From the human T2T-CHM13v2.0 reference genome, Homo sapiens, in the NCBI RefSeq assembly GCF_009914755.1, contig NC_060926.1: a stretch of 64,000 nt of DNA; one strand, written 5' to 3'. Position numbers and translations under genes: made by a program. Every line of letters starts with the position of its first letter. The stretch's first letter is position 1. The notes under the pieces were generated by a model. That model had not been told where the DNA came from. It saw only the letters and a list, made by a program, of their open reading frames with translations, and searched no databases. Positions 15,374 through 28,830 of the stretch are shown piece after piece.

Positions 15374-15511
15374 TACTTCTATTGGCACTTTGGATGAAGT
15401 GATCCTCTCTGTATTTGTGTGAAGAAGGATCTGTCTGTGAATTCAGCTCAGAGTGGTGGAATGAGCTGAGGAGGATGGCTGAATTAGAAAGTCATAATTT
15501 GACATCTTGGA

Positions 15512-15775
15512 GGGGCAGAACAGTATATGGTGAAATAATATATTCTGGAACCTAACTGCCTTGGTTCAAATCCCAGCCTCATCTCCTATAAGCTGTGTGA
15601 CCTCAGACAAGCTTCCAAATTTACCTGTGCCTCAGTTGTCTCAGCTGTGAAATGGGGATAGTAATAACAGCACTTACCTTACAGGGCTGCAGTGATAATT
15701 AAATGGCCTAACATAGTTAATCTATTTACAATACATTCATTATTTATTAGCTTGGTGCTGCCTGTATAGTCACAT
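15512..15775 (+). mobile_element. MIR
   Basis: 'ggttcaaatcccagcctc...agctgtgtgacctcagacaag...cctcagttgtctcagctgtgaaatggggata'. Confidence 0.85.
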
Positions 15776-16922
15776 AGTCTCTGCAAAAGTAACTCAACTT
15801 GGAGCCTATTGGCTTGTCCATGAAGTGAAATAAAAATACTTGCCTGTTAGAGACTGTGATGATTAAGTGAGAAAGTAAATTTGCTGCCAAAGAGTTGGGA
15901 TCATTCTCTAGTTTAGTTGACATCAAGGAAGACAGTGGGTTGTGTCCTCTTGCCCACTGAAGACAGAAAATACAGATGTGCACCTCCTTCCTGCTTCTCC
16001 TTTCTGCGTCTAGACTGGTCATCTTACCTGGGATTGGCCAGTTAAATTGAATTTGGAAGCCCTTACCTTGGACTGGCCAATTACCCTGGATCTGGCTTCT
16101 ATTACCTGGGTTTGGCCAGTTCCTCCTGAAACTGTGCATCTCACGTGGGAGCTGGTGAGTCTAGTGTCCAGGCTCCTGGGCAGGCTGGTTTGGCAGAGAC
16201 ACTGTGGACAACACTTTCTCACTTGCTGTCTGGCTGCTTCCATTCCCCCATCTTGGGGATTCAGAATTAGATGTAAGGAAAGGGCTTCTCACTTGAGCAA
16301 AATGAGTGCTGTACATGCTAGGTCTCAGATTACTGCAGGACTTGCAGAGAACCCCCACAATAATGAATAATAATTTCCCTTCTATTTGCTATGAGTGTAT
16401 TTACCTAAAAACTGGTCTAGGTTAACTTGGGTATCCCTAGACTCTGGTTATCTTGTTGCCATAGGAGGATCTCAATCTGTTCGTGTTTTCTGTCATAAAC
16501 ACTGGGATTGGTATTCATTCTATTTCCACGTGTGATGTGGTCAATCAGGCTGGAAAGGGGGCATTTTCCTCCTCCCTACCTGTTTAATGTGCTTACCTCC
16601 TGACGTCCATGGGCAAAATGATGTGGACACACTTTCTTCCAGACAGTAGCTGTTTTCTTGCTAAAGCCTCTGCTGTATATTCTCTTGGTCACATGAACTC
16701 CACATCCCCATGAATTTGGGCTTCTCCTTCTCTGTCATTGTCCATATTGTGCTGGTCATCTAATAAGTGGTGATACTCCCTCCAATGCCTCTCACTTTTG
16801 TGGTGTCTAAATAGTGGTCTCTCCACATTCATTGGGTTTCTAGCCATTGCAAAACTATATTCTATCTTCTTAAAGCAACAGTTCTGATGCCTCACTGCAA
16901 TGATTTTCCCATCGTCCATGTG

Positions 16923-17749
<827 letters not shown>

Positions 17750-18958
17750 CTCATAAATTTTAAAGAGTACACTAGTTTGGGATTCTGATCCCTCCCTTCT
17801 GGGCTGCTCATATATTTTCCAAATTTTCCCAACAATCACCACTGTCAGTGTGGAGCTTCTACTCCTGTTATTTACTCCTTTTCCCCTCAACATGTCATAC
17901 ATGGATTTCAAGTCCTGTGTGTCTCTAAATTCCACCCATCCCTTTAGGCCCTCACCACATTGCATATCAAGGATAAACATGACAAAGTCACAGTTATTGA
18001 CTATTTTCAATAGGACAGGTGTTCTTTATGCATTGTCTTTAGTTCCTACAACCACCTGGAGAGGGAGGCATCATTATGATCATTCTGTAGTTGAAGAAAG
18101 ATAATCTGCAGTTATTTTCCCCACTGTCATGGCACACAAAGGCCAGGAGCCAGCATTTGCTATTGCCTTCAATCAGCATCTCTTTAGAATGAGAACCCCC
18201 CTCCCACCATCAGTCCAGAGTTATCTCTGAGCCATAAAGTGTGATGGTGCCTATCTTGTAAATAACCAATAAGAATCTTAACTACTTTGTAGACACCCTT
18301 CTTAATTCTTCCTTCTTCCTCCACCCCAACTAGAGCATAATAACCTGGAAAACTTGGACAAAATTTATGCTTCCATTATATCTCCTGTAGGGCCCATGGC
18401 ATGCAGACAGGTTAGGGTTTATTAAATCAAGGTACAAATGAATTACTCTATTAGAAACTAAAATAAAAGCAATTGGAGGAAGAGCTCAATTTTAATTCAT
18501 AAGAGTTAGGAAACTTGAGAATAAGAGTCTCTGTTCCAACATTTTAATCCCAAAATAGAAGACAGAAGTTAAATGATGCATAACAGCAGAAATATATTTG
18601 AATCCACAATGTCAAGAAATATTAACTAAAAATATTTTTCACACAAAAAGTAATTCATTTGTGTCTGGAGACTGACACTTCAGTGTAGGTGATTAGGCTG
18701 AGAGGAATTCATAGTTTTTAGAATATAGCTGAAAAATTACATAGAAATTTTGAGTCAACTTCTGTTCTTCAACCTGAAAAATGCATATTTTCAAAACCCA
18801 ATCAAATACAATGATAATGAAGATTAACAAATAAGTTGCATATCAGAAAGATGATGATGCCATTACAGTTTTCTTTTTTATCTCTCTTTTTTTACCTAAT
18901 TGTCCATGTGTAGTTTCATGGAATAGTGGGAAAGAAATATACAAGCTTCAAGTTTTCA

Positions 18959-18961
<3 letters not shown>

Positions 18962-18989
<28 letters not shown>
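18962..18989. repeat. (TC)n microsatellite
   Basis: About 14 TC units, seen directly. Confidence 0.95.
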
Positions 18990-18992
<3 letters not shown>

Positions 18993-19400
18993 CACTATTC
19001 CTCCCTGCCTCCTCCCTTACTTCTATTACACTTCCTTCCTCTCTATCCTTCTCTCTTTCAAATCATTAATTTGTTAAATTAAAAGGAACATTTTGTTTCA
19101 ATACACAAGCTATAGGTATCTGCCTCAAAGGAGCATGCTGGGAAAATTTCTTGGTAACCTGCTGTTGCTCAGTCATTGGATCACAGAATCTCAGGTTTAT
19201 TCTTATAGTGTCTAATATTTTAGATATTATGTAGCTCAAAACATTTCATCAAATTAATAAACATACTTGTTTAGTATGTCAAGCGCCATATTAAATACAA
19301 TACATATTTTATTTTTTTAAAGGAAATCCATAAGGTACATATTATCTTTACTGTAGAGGAAACATATGTTGAGATAGTTTAATAATAATTGTTAACATTT

Positions 19401-19694
19401 GACTGGGCATGGTGGCTCACGCCTGTAATCCCGATACTTTGGGAGGCTTAGGTGGGTGGATCACCTCAGGTCAGGAGTTTGAGACCAGCCTGGCCAACAT
19501 GGTGAAGCTTCATCTCTACTAAAAATACAAAAATTAGCTGGGCATGGTGGCATATGCCTGCAATTTCAGCTACTCAGGAGGCTGAGGCAGGAGAATCACT
19601 TCAACCCAGGAGGCAGAGGTTGCAGTGAGCTGAGATTGCACCACTCCAGCCTGGGTCACAGAGCTAGACTCTTATCTCAAAAACAAATAAACAA
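19401..19694 (+). mobile_element. AluS (Sx-like) with TSD aattgtta(a/c)catt
   Basis: Full dimer 'gactgggcatggtggctcacgcctgtaatccc...gactcttatctcaaaaac'. Confidence 0.92.
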
Positions 19695-19695
19695 A

Positions 19696-19935
19696 ATTGT
19701 TACCATTAATTAGGTGCTTACTATATGTCAGGTAATGTTCTGAGTTTTATGTTTGTTGACTTGTTTGATCCTCACACAATGCTGATAATAGTACTTACAA
19801 GACAGACAGTATTTTTGTCCACATTTTGTAGATGAGATCATTGAGGCCAGGAGACATTCAATGCCATGCCAAGGTCACACAGCTAGTAAGTGCAGACTAG
19901 ATTGAAAACCAGGCTATCCAGCTTCAGAAACCACC
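19696..19935 (-). mobile_element. MIR
   Basis: 'cattttgtagatgagatcattgaggcc...gccaaggtcacacagctagtaagtg'. Confidence 0.8.
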
Positions 19936-20099
19936 ACTCAGCTCAAAATAATGTATCTATTTAGAGAAAGTCTTTGAACTTAAGTCTTTTTTTCCCAAAG
20001 CCCATTTTCTTAGTTACACTGTTTCAATCTTCTTTCCAATTACCTTACAAAAGGTTATTAAGCCTTGGCTAGAACTCCTCAATTGCTGGTGGGGATTGG

Positions 20100-20680
20100 C
20101 TGCTTCTGTTTCTGAGGAAAGTTCATTCTATTTTCGGGCAACTCTATTAGAAAATTCTTCCTTATACTGAGCTAAAATGTTCCTCCCCATTACCTGTGTG
20201 AAAGGAGCAGGTTGGCAGAAAATGTCACTAGATGTGAGGCTGGACAGGAAGGTAAAGGCTGGAGTGTGCAGTGCCTTGAGGCCATGCCAGCCTCTGAAGT
20301 TGCTGTGGAGAGTGACCCCTGAAATAAGTCCAGTGTTAGCACACATCTTCCCATGCTGCACCTGGACGGCAGGTTTCCACGTTTGGAGCAGAATCTACTT
20401 TCATCTATGCTACATTTAACAGTGTTGGCTTCTGCTCATCATTCCAATGTAAAGATGTTTTGTCTCCCAACTCTGACTTTCAGTATATTACCTACCTTTT
20501 TCAGTTTTCTACATTCATCAGTATTTTTATTCAAGCTATTGATAAACTTGATAGCAAGCTTGATAGCAAGCTTGATACCAAGCTTGATACCAAGAAAGAT
20601 GTTACTGGATGTTGCCTGAAAAAAATAGACTTGAATTTCTCAATCACCATTAAGTTATAGTATTCTTGCCTTGTAATATA
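20100..20680 (-). mobile_element. L3/CR1 fragments
   Basis: 'tattagaaaattcttccttatactgagctaaaat' and 'ttcaagctattgataaa...gatgtt' resemble antisense CR1/L3; interrupted. Confidence 0.55.
20547..20594. repeat. 12-bp minisatellite (CTTGATAGCAAG)x2 + (CTTGATACCAAG)x2
   Basis: Seen directly; four exact-length units. Confidence 0.95.
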
Positions 20681-23252
20681 TTGCCAGAGATTCTCTCCTC
20701 TTTTTCTCACCAGGCAGTGTCCTGGGTGCTTCACCAGCTAAGAGATCACTGGGTGAGAAATAGTAAAAATCATAAAACTTGGACCTCTGTAGCCAAGGAG
20801 GATGTTTAATGGTGTTACACAGGAAATAAAATGGTATTTATGTTTCTGCTTAATGGAGAATCAATATTTAGCTATGACCTAGTTGGAAAGTTCTTTGAAT
20901 GACCAAGGGGGAAAAAGCTATGGATCATAAAAATCTACTCACTGCCACAGCTTTGAGAAGAACACAAAGTTGACTGGGCAGAACACAGAGCAAGTACATG
21001 AGGCCAAGGCAAGACAAGGGGACTGACCCAGGAAAGCAGAGCCACGTGCCTTTCCGGGTCCATTCGTAACTCATAACCAGCAGGCTGGGTGCTCGCAGGC
21101 TGCAGGCGAAAAAGAGCCCCTTCTTAGAAATACCTGGTAAGGACTTTATTAATTAACGTCTAAACTCTCAGGGGCTATAGCTATAGAGAGGGAAAATTCT
21201 CTGTAATTACAATGAAGATCGTGATACCAGGAAGCAATCTTCCCAGCCACCTGGGAAGGGCCCAGAGAGTTATCTGTCTCATAAGGAAACTAATAAGTTC
21301 TGTTCAGAGGAAGAAATAAGACATTCTGAGTTAAAGCAAAACAAGACCATTCCCAATTAGCCAAGATATTAGTAAAGACAGAACGAAATTTAACACAGAG
21401 TGTGCCATTTAGACCTTTTAGTTTATTATGCAGTCATTCTCACATTGCTGTTTTAATAATCTGCATATAATTTTCATTTTGAAATGGTTCATTTGTTTTC
21501 TCGAAGTACTCTATTATGAAAAATTAATAATAATAACTCTCCATGTACCATGTTAGAGAGATGTCTGGTCTGAGCCAACCCAAACTAAAAATCACATGTA
21601 AGACTCACATTTACAACTCTGGAGCCCTTAAGTGGGCAGACCAGACAAGCAATCTTTTCTTAGAATGTTTAAAACAGCTGTTCCCAACTAGTTGTGCTTC
21701 ATTATTATATTTCCACCCATAAGTAGGTATATGTCCATACAAAACTCAATTTGGGAGATCAGAGCTTGCCTCTCTTACTGAGACATCTGATGCTTTTGAG
21801 GGAGGTGTCCATCTCAATGTTGCTTCTCATCCCAAGACTCACCCTCCCCAGTCCCAGCAATTCCATGTGATACATTGTCAATAGCTGTAACAAGGATAGT
21901 TACAATTTACGCTGCATTTAGTATCTGAAGTATGTGTCCTTGTTTTAAAGTAATGACTTTGATTTACTGCTTTCTGAATTCCCATAATAACTCTTTGACA
22001 TATATTTAATCATCCTGATTTTATATTTTAAGAATTTCAGTTCAAGACTTTAAGCTTCTTTTCTAAAGTCGAATAGCCAGGAGATGGGGGACCTGTTGTC
22101 TGCTGTCTGTGATGTAGTCATTTCCGTGCTTGGTGTTGGTGTGATGCTTGGGTTTTACTACCAATTCCTTTTGTGGGTTTTTTTTTTTTTTTTTTTCCTT
22201 GTGGGCACCTCCAGCACTGAGATTCTGCTTTTATGTCCTGCCTTTTATGGACTGCCGTTCACACACTACTCCAACTTGCAGAGTGCTCCTACAGCGTTGC
22301 CTATCTCAGAGGCAGGGCCACCTCATGTTTGGCTGGTCCCAAGGAAAGGATGCAAATGTAAGGCCCACATTCCACTTGTCTAAATATTTTAATTTATAAG
22401 CCAAGTTAACTAATCATTTAATTAAATATGTTTAATCCTCCTACCTTGACAAATATACAAAAAAGACCAGAGAGGCTACATTTCAGTTCAGAATGATCAA
22501 ATTCCTCAGCCAGAACCTGGAGGTGCCAGAAGAGAAGGGTTCTGGAGCCCAGCAAGCCACCTGTCGGCTCCATTCTCTCCTGCGAAGGGCCTCACACATT
22601 CACCACCCCCAGCCTAGGAGTGTGCACAGTATAATGCTAGCCACCCCAGAGAGGGCAGGTCTAGAGAAAAAGCCTGTAGGGGACTTGGGGAAGGGCTGGG
22701 AGGCCATGTGGGTGAATAATTCTGGGATCTGGGCACCACCTGTATCACTGGCTGGGAGGGGAAGATGCTAATTCTGGGGACATGTTCCACTGGCCCCATG
22801 GGCACATCCTCGATGGCAAGGGGCCTCCAGAAATTAGTCCAGTGTGGGGTCTTAGATGGGTCTAAAGGCAATACTCTTTGGGGTTTCTCCAAACTTTGGC
22901 TTCTTTCATTGAAGACCATTGAAGTAATGAGGAACCTCTGGGTCAAACGCCAGACAAGTTGTCTTGCAGCAAGGCAAGCTGGTCTGCTAGAGCCAGTGCC
23001 CTACAACCCTACAACCCTTTAGAATTGTTTCCTTCCTAGTATCCAGCGCTTTTCTGTAGATATGAGCCATCCATTCACAGAGGCTGTGGTGTGAACATTC
23101 ATTCTCTAAAATAGGACACCTTTCCCAGGATCTCATGTATTTTATTTTAAAAGAATCTGCAATTTAAACCAAAGGAATAAATTTGCTAATCATGGAATTT
23201 CTAGCACACTGGAAAAATACATGGGGACAGGAATTTTCTTGATATAAAACCT

Positions 23253-23709
23253 GTACTAGTTTCCTAGAGTTACCATTTCAAAAGGCCACAAATTTGGTAG
23301 CTTAGCATGATAAGAATTTATAATATTTACTTAGAGTTGTGGCGTACAGGATTCTGAAATTAGGGTGTTGGCAGAACCACGCACCTCCCAGAAGCTCTAG
23401 AGGGGAATCCTTCCCTGCCTCTTCAGGCTTCTGGCGGCTCGGGTGTTCCTGGGTTTGTGATCACGCCACTGCAATCTCTGCCCCTGTCTTCATATGGCCG
23501 AATCCTCTCTGTCACACATCTCCCTGTGCCTTTCTAAGGACACTGGCCATTGGATTTAGAACTCACCTGGATAATACAGGATGAGCTCATCTCAGGATTC
23601 TTAACTTCATTACGTCTTCAAATACCTTTTGTTTTCTTTTCTAAATTAGGTCACATTCACGGGTTCTATGTGGACATATTTTGGGAGGGCTTCCATTAAC
23701 TCACTATGA
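23253..23709 (-). mobile_element. MLT1B/C MaLR solo LTR
   Basis: 'tgtactagtttcctag...gaagctctagaggggaatccttccctgcctcttc...ggtcacattcacggg'. Confidence 0.85.
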
Positions 23710-24189
23710 AATTCTCATGCATTCATAAACTAAAGGCAGATGTAGGAAGAGGGAAGTGGTGAGCACTGGAGTCCCTGCTGTGACCTCCTGCCTGTGCGAA
23801 GGCCATGACTGTTAGTCCAACATTGCAGACCTCTCGAAACTTGGCAATGCTCCTCATAGGAGAGGAACTTCACGTGTCAAGGAGAGATGGGGAGGGGAGC
23901 AACTGCATTTGAGAACATGAAGAGAAGGTTATTGTGACACTTTGCAGGGAAGCTTTAGCCACATTGAAGCAGAGTAAAGAATAAATCTTCTCTCTTTACT
24001 TTTCAAGACCCATAATTTCCTCACAACCATACCTGGAGATTAGTTTAGGACCTAAAATCTAAATTGTATTATTTTTCCCTACCCAAAGGAGACACAGAGC
24101 TATTAATAATCGACTGCTTATTAAATCTTAAGTATTTTAATAATATTACTCCGTTTTACTTCATTTTTCTTTCCCTTGTAAGAAAAATA

Positions 24190-24310
24190 ACATTCACACC
24201 CATTATATAAATGTGAACACTGAGGCCTTGTGATGTTAAGCAACTTGCCAGGATCTCATAGATAGGAATTAGAGGAGCTGAGACACATAGAGTCCATGCT
24301 CTTTCTAGCC
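24190..24310 (-). mobile_element. MIR
   Basis: 'cccattatataaatgtgaacactgaggcc...gttaagcaacttgccagg'. Confidence 0.65.
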
Positions 24311-24464
24311 CGGGAGTCCATCTAGAACAGTCCTGGCCCTCTAAGTTGACTGCCTTAACATGACTGAATTTCCTCCTTTTCTCCTGAAACAGCGGTAAAA
24401 CATCCTTTAACAGCAGCCAGAGAAGCTTGGGCTGAGGGAATAGATTTTCCTTTTGCTTACACTG

Positions 24465-24483
24465 TACTGCCATCTAGTGGCTA
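24465..24483 (-). promoter_or_regulatory. Candidate CTCF binding motif (TAGCCACTAGATGGCAGTA on - strand)
   Basis: Matches the CTCF core CC-A-C-Y-AG-R-K-GGC at all high-information positions; lies outside recognised repeats. Confidence 0.65.
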
Positions 24484-24837
24484 CATAGTTAATTACAAAT
24501 AATACCTTTTCTGGTGTCTTCATTCTTTTTTTGGGGGGGGGTATTGGTAATTAATTGATATTTAAATATTGCTTCTAAACATTGTGATTCTATAAAAATC
24601 TACATCAACTTCATTCCTTTGCTTCCATATATGCACGCACCGCTTCTCCTGTACACCTCTCCTACATATGTGTACCCCACTTGGTCATATTTTGTGTAGC
24701 AGATAAGTGAGTTAGGCCTACCTTCAGTGCTCAGAATATGACTTGAAACATCCAGAAATTAAAATTGTATGCAAACACACCACATGCTCCCCATCCTCCC
24801 TCCTCATGGAACTGTGCTCCTTCGGCATGATCTAAAT

Positions 24838-25045
24838 AAAGCTTGTCCAACCTGTGGCCCACAGGCCATATGCGGCTTAGGACAGCTCTCAATGTGGCCA
24901 AATTCATAAAGTTTCTTAAAACATTGTAAGTATTTTTGCAATTTTTTAAGCTCATTAGCTATCGTTAGTGTTAGTATATTTTATGTGTGGCCCAAGACAA
25001 TTCTTCCAATGTAACCCAGGGAAGCCAAAAGATTGGATACCCCTG
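24838..25045 (-). mobile_element. MER30 hAT MITE
   Basis: 'aagcttgtccaacc...gctatcgttagtgttagtatattttatgtgtggcccaagacaattc...gattggatacccctg'. Confidence 0.9.
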
Positions 25046-25311
25046 GTAAATTGACAGAAATGTTAGGATAGACTTGCTTTTGATCATGTTTTTAGATCTG
25101 CATACACAATTTTTGTCCCACCAAAGATGACGTATGCACTAAGCCATGGCAGAACTGCCTCTGGTACTGATTGCCCAGCGCACGTGCTGGAATGAGATCA
25201 CCCATTGAGGGATGTGTGCTGAGTGCCTCTGTGTACAAGTTGAGCGGAAGGAGGTCTCACCGCCCCATTATAAAATATACATTCTGAAGCTGCAAGACAC
25301 CAACCAGTGCT

Positions 25312-25845
25312 AGTATTAATCATCTAATGTGGCTGTTGTAACAAATTACCACAAATTTAGTGGCTTAAAACAACGCACTTTTATTATCTTACTGTTCTGG
25401 AGGTCAGAAATTTAAAATAGGTTTCACGGGCCGAAAACCAAGGTGTCGGCATGCTGGTGTCTTCTGGAGGCTCTAGGGGAGCGTCTGTTCCCTCACCTCT
25501 TCCGGCCTCTGGAGGTTGTCTGCATTCTTTGGCTTAGGGCCCCTTCTTCTATCTTCAAAACCAGCAACATGGCTCCAGTCCTACTCACATTGCTATCTTT
25601 CTGGTTTGCTCTCTTTTGTCTTTCTCTTCTCCACTGAAAAACCCTTGCTGGTTATATTGAGACCACTTACAGTAATCCAGGATAATGTCCCATCTGCCTA
25701 TTTTAAGGGTAGCTGATTAACAACCCTAATTCCATCTGTGACCTTAATTCCCCTTTGCCATGGAACATAAGATATTCACAGGTCCCAGGGATTGAGGCTT
25801 GGACATCTTTGGTGGTGTGGGTGGGGCATTATTCTGCATACTCAA
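25312..25845 (-). mobile_element. MLT1D-like MaLR solo LTR
   Basis: 'gtaacaaattaccacaaatttagtggcttaaaacaac...ataatgtccc...gattaacaaccctaattccatctg...cattattctgc'. Confidence 0.85.
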
Positions 25846-26039
25846 TACTCAAGAGAAGGGAAATCTGGACTGAAGTGTTTCTTGCTGGGCCATGGTGGCG
25901 ATGGGAGAGGCAAGTTCCACCCAGAGATCATTCTTTCCCTTCTCGCTGCCTCTCCATCTTCACAGACTGCAGAGAGTCTTGTAAGCATGAGGACACACCC
26001 ACCCTTAGATTCTGCCCACACTTTTTTGGAAGCCACACT

Positions 26040-26260
26040 TAACAGTAGATAGGAACATAGATTTAGACAGATTTTAATTTAAATCCCAGATTTATTCCTA
26101 GATCTAAGAACTTGAGTATATTACTAAGCTCAGTTTCTTCATTATTAAAATGGGTGAAATACCTTCCTCCTAGTATTGTTGCAAGGCTTAAATAAAAGAG
26201 TCTCCAAAGAGCACTTAGCAGAGCACATGGCATATATTAGGACCTCATAAAGAAGAGTTT
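26040..26260 (+). mobile_element. MIR
   Basis: 'ctcagtttcttcattattaaaatggg...gcacttagcagagcacatggcatata'. Confidence 0.65.
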
Positions 26261-26499
26261 CTGAAAATGAAGGTTTTTCTATTCAATATTTAATGGGAGA
26301 TTAACTAAACACTTTGCTGATGCTTGGGGAACAAGGGAAGGACAGTGTCTATCCTCACTGAATTAACTCCAAGTGAATGAAAAAAGATTTCATGTGTGAA
26401 ATTAGAGACCAAGTTACAGCCTATGATAGGTACAGAATTTGCCCAATCATATACCTTTAGGTGCAAGTGCATTTGTAGAGAATGTTGAAGAGAAAGACA

Positions 26500-26815
26500 T
26501 AGCCATAAAAAGGAATGAAACAACATTTGCAGCAACTTAGATGGGGTTGGAGGCTGTTATTCTAAGTGAAGTACCTCAGGAATAGAAATTGTATGTTCTC
26601 ACTTATAAGTGGAGCTAAGCTATGAGGATGCAAAGGCATAAGAATGATATAATGGACTATGGGGTCTTGTGGGGGAGGGTGGGAGGGGGTGTACACTGCT
26701 CGGTGACAGGTGCACCCCATGATCACCACTAAATCACCACTAAAGAATTTATCCATGTAATCAAAAACCACCTGTTCCCCAAAAGCGATTGAAACAAAAA
26801 GTAAAATAATAAAAA
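26500..26815 (+). mobile_element. L1MA1/2-L1PB 3' end
   Basis: 'gaggatgcaaaggcataagaatgatataatggac...aaatcaccactaaagaatttatccatgtaa...' plus A-rich tail. Confidence 0.88.
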
Positions 26816-26992
26816 TTACAAAAGGAGGAAGATAATCTTTCCTTAATTCTTTCTATTCTTCATTTTCTTGAACATGCATACCCATGTACCTACCTAGGTG
26901 AGTATTTCCATACTGTATAAGAATATACGTGGAAATATGGTCATTTTGACCTGTTTCCTAATGGTGGTTGGAGACATATATATGTACCGCTA

Positions 26993-26993
<1 letters not shown>

Positions 26994-27025
<32 letters not shown>
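26994..27025. repeat. (CA)n microsatellite
   Basis: About 16 CA units. Confidence 0.95.
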
Positions 27026-27026
<1 letters not shown>

Positions 27027-27344
27027 GCCATCAAGTCATAAGACCTATTTTGCCCTAAAAATAAGTAAACATTTGGCAATAAAATAAAAACGTCTTTGAA
27101 ACAATCTTATTATACTAAAGGTTATTGTCAGGTGGAAGTCCTGAAATAATGAGTTTAAAAGTTCATTGCTTATGAGCTACCCCAAAACAATTTACTTAAA
27201 TTATTTTTTTAATCTATGCTTTTAGGTAGGCTAAATCTATGTGTTCCCTATAGTCTTTTTTCAGTAACTTTACTTATGAATATGTTCATTAAAGAAGGTA
27301 ATTTTTACAACTATTGTAAAATTTTTTGAATTTGTGACATCTAA

Positions 27345-27703
27345 TGATATGGTTTGGCTGTGTCCCCACCCAAATCTCATCTTGAGTTCCCACGTGTTGT
27401 GGGAGGGACCTGCTGGGAGGTAATTGAAGCATGGGGGCAAGTCTTTCCCATGCTGTTCTCATGATAGTGAATAAGTCTGATGAGATGTGATGGTTTTTAA
27501 GAGAGGTGTTCCCCTGCACAAGCTCTCTCATTTTCTGTCTGCCACCATCCACACAAGATGTGACTTGTTCCTCCTTGCCTTCTGCCATGGTTGTGAGGCT
27601 TTCCCAACCACGTGGACCTGTAAGTCCAATTAAACCTCTTTCTTTTGTAAATTGCTCAGTCTTGGGTATGTCTTTATCAGCAGGGTGAAAATGGACTAAT
27701 ACA
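27345..27703 (+). mobile_element. THE1A/B solo LTR with 5-bp TSD tctaa
   Basis: 'tgatatggtttggctgtgtccccacccaaatctc...ggactaataca'; TSD 27340-27344 / 27704-27708. Confidence 0.95.
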
Positions 27704-28649
27704 TCTAATATGTTTGAATGAATATTTCATTTTAGGATTTTATGTAATGTTCATGGTTATAATGCATTAATGCCTTGAATATAGAAACTAAACAGTAAAA
27801 TGCTATTTTGCACATTACAAATATTAAAAAGACACCAAAAGCAAAGTTTTACTTTGGCCCTGATGGTCTTTTTAATTGCCTCAGTAGAATCAGAAAACAG
27901 AACCCTGTCTCCCAGGTCTACCAGACCTTCCTGGAACAAACAGAAAACATTTGGCCATGACCAGTTCTGCTTGGGTCTCTCACTTAGATGGCAGCATTGA
28001 GAAGGGTCACTAGGTTTTTATTGTGGTCTCAGCTCTACTCCTGATTGCTGCAAACCTCAGGATTGGGAGGACTAGATGAGGACTGGAAAACCTAGTATCA
28101 GCAACAAGATCACAGCTCACAGTTTTGCTTGAGCTTAGTGTTCATTACATACCAGGGACTTTGGCATGAGGATATTAAAAGCAGATCGACAAACCCAACC
28201 TCTGTCCTGAGTTTACATGGCTGAGGCTGAAACTGATTTGGTAGGGAGGTGGTCATAGCTTGGGTAATGAGGCCTTTGCAGACTGCATGTGCAACTGTAC
28301 TTTGAGGCACTGTTGTGAATACACCCAGTACCTCCTCAGAGAAAGCCATGGAGTTTTATATTTGAGAATTGTTCAACCCTCAGCTCAATGTGCATACCAA
28401 GTCCAGCATGCTGATTCAGTGTGACAAGACTGTCAACCTGGTCCACTTAAGCAGTGGCTAAGGCCACATTCCAGCATAACTTGAGTCAGCCCTGCCAGAG
28501 GAAGGCTGGAAAGGATACACTCAAGAACCCATTGTATTTTGTTCCTCTGTACCTCATTGAAATATTTTTTAAATTGCAGGTGTCCTGAATTTAGTTTTTA
28601 CAAAGTAATGGCTAGTTCTTTCCAATATTTGATAGATAAATTAGACTAG

Positions 28650-28830
28650 TTGGTAACATTTATTTAACACCTAATATATGGCAAGCACTCTGCTAAGAAA
28701 CATATGTGCATTATTTATGTAAAGTAGCCAACCACACTATTAAGTGAGTAGAATTAGTGATGGATGAATCTGAGGCCTGAAGAAGCCAAATGACTTCCCC
28801 AAGTTTGCATAGGGAGTAAAGAATTGTATT
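28650..28830 (-). mobile_element. MIR
   Basis: 'gtaacatttatttaacacc...tgaggcctgaagaagccaaatgacttccccaag'. Confidence 0.65.

Noticed and set aside
20547-20594. CRISPR-like short palindromic repeats
   Set aside because: Eukaryotic context, 12-bp units with no unique spacers and no cas genes; it is a minisatellite.
27977-27996. CTCF-like 'cacttagatggcagca' (also 'ttccagggggcggc' near 34476)
   Set aside because: Both lack the highly conserved CC in the 5' half of the core.
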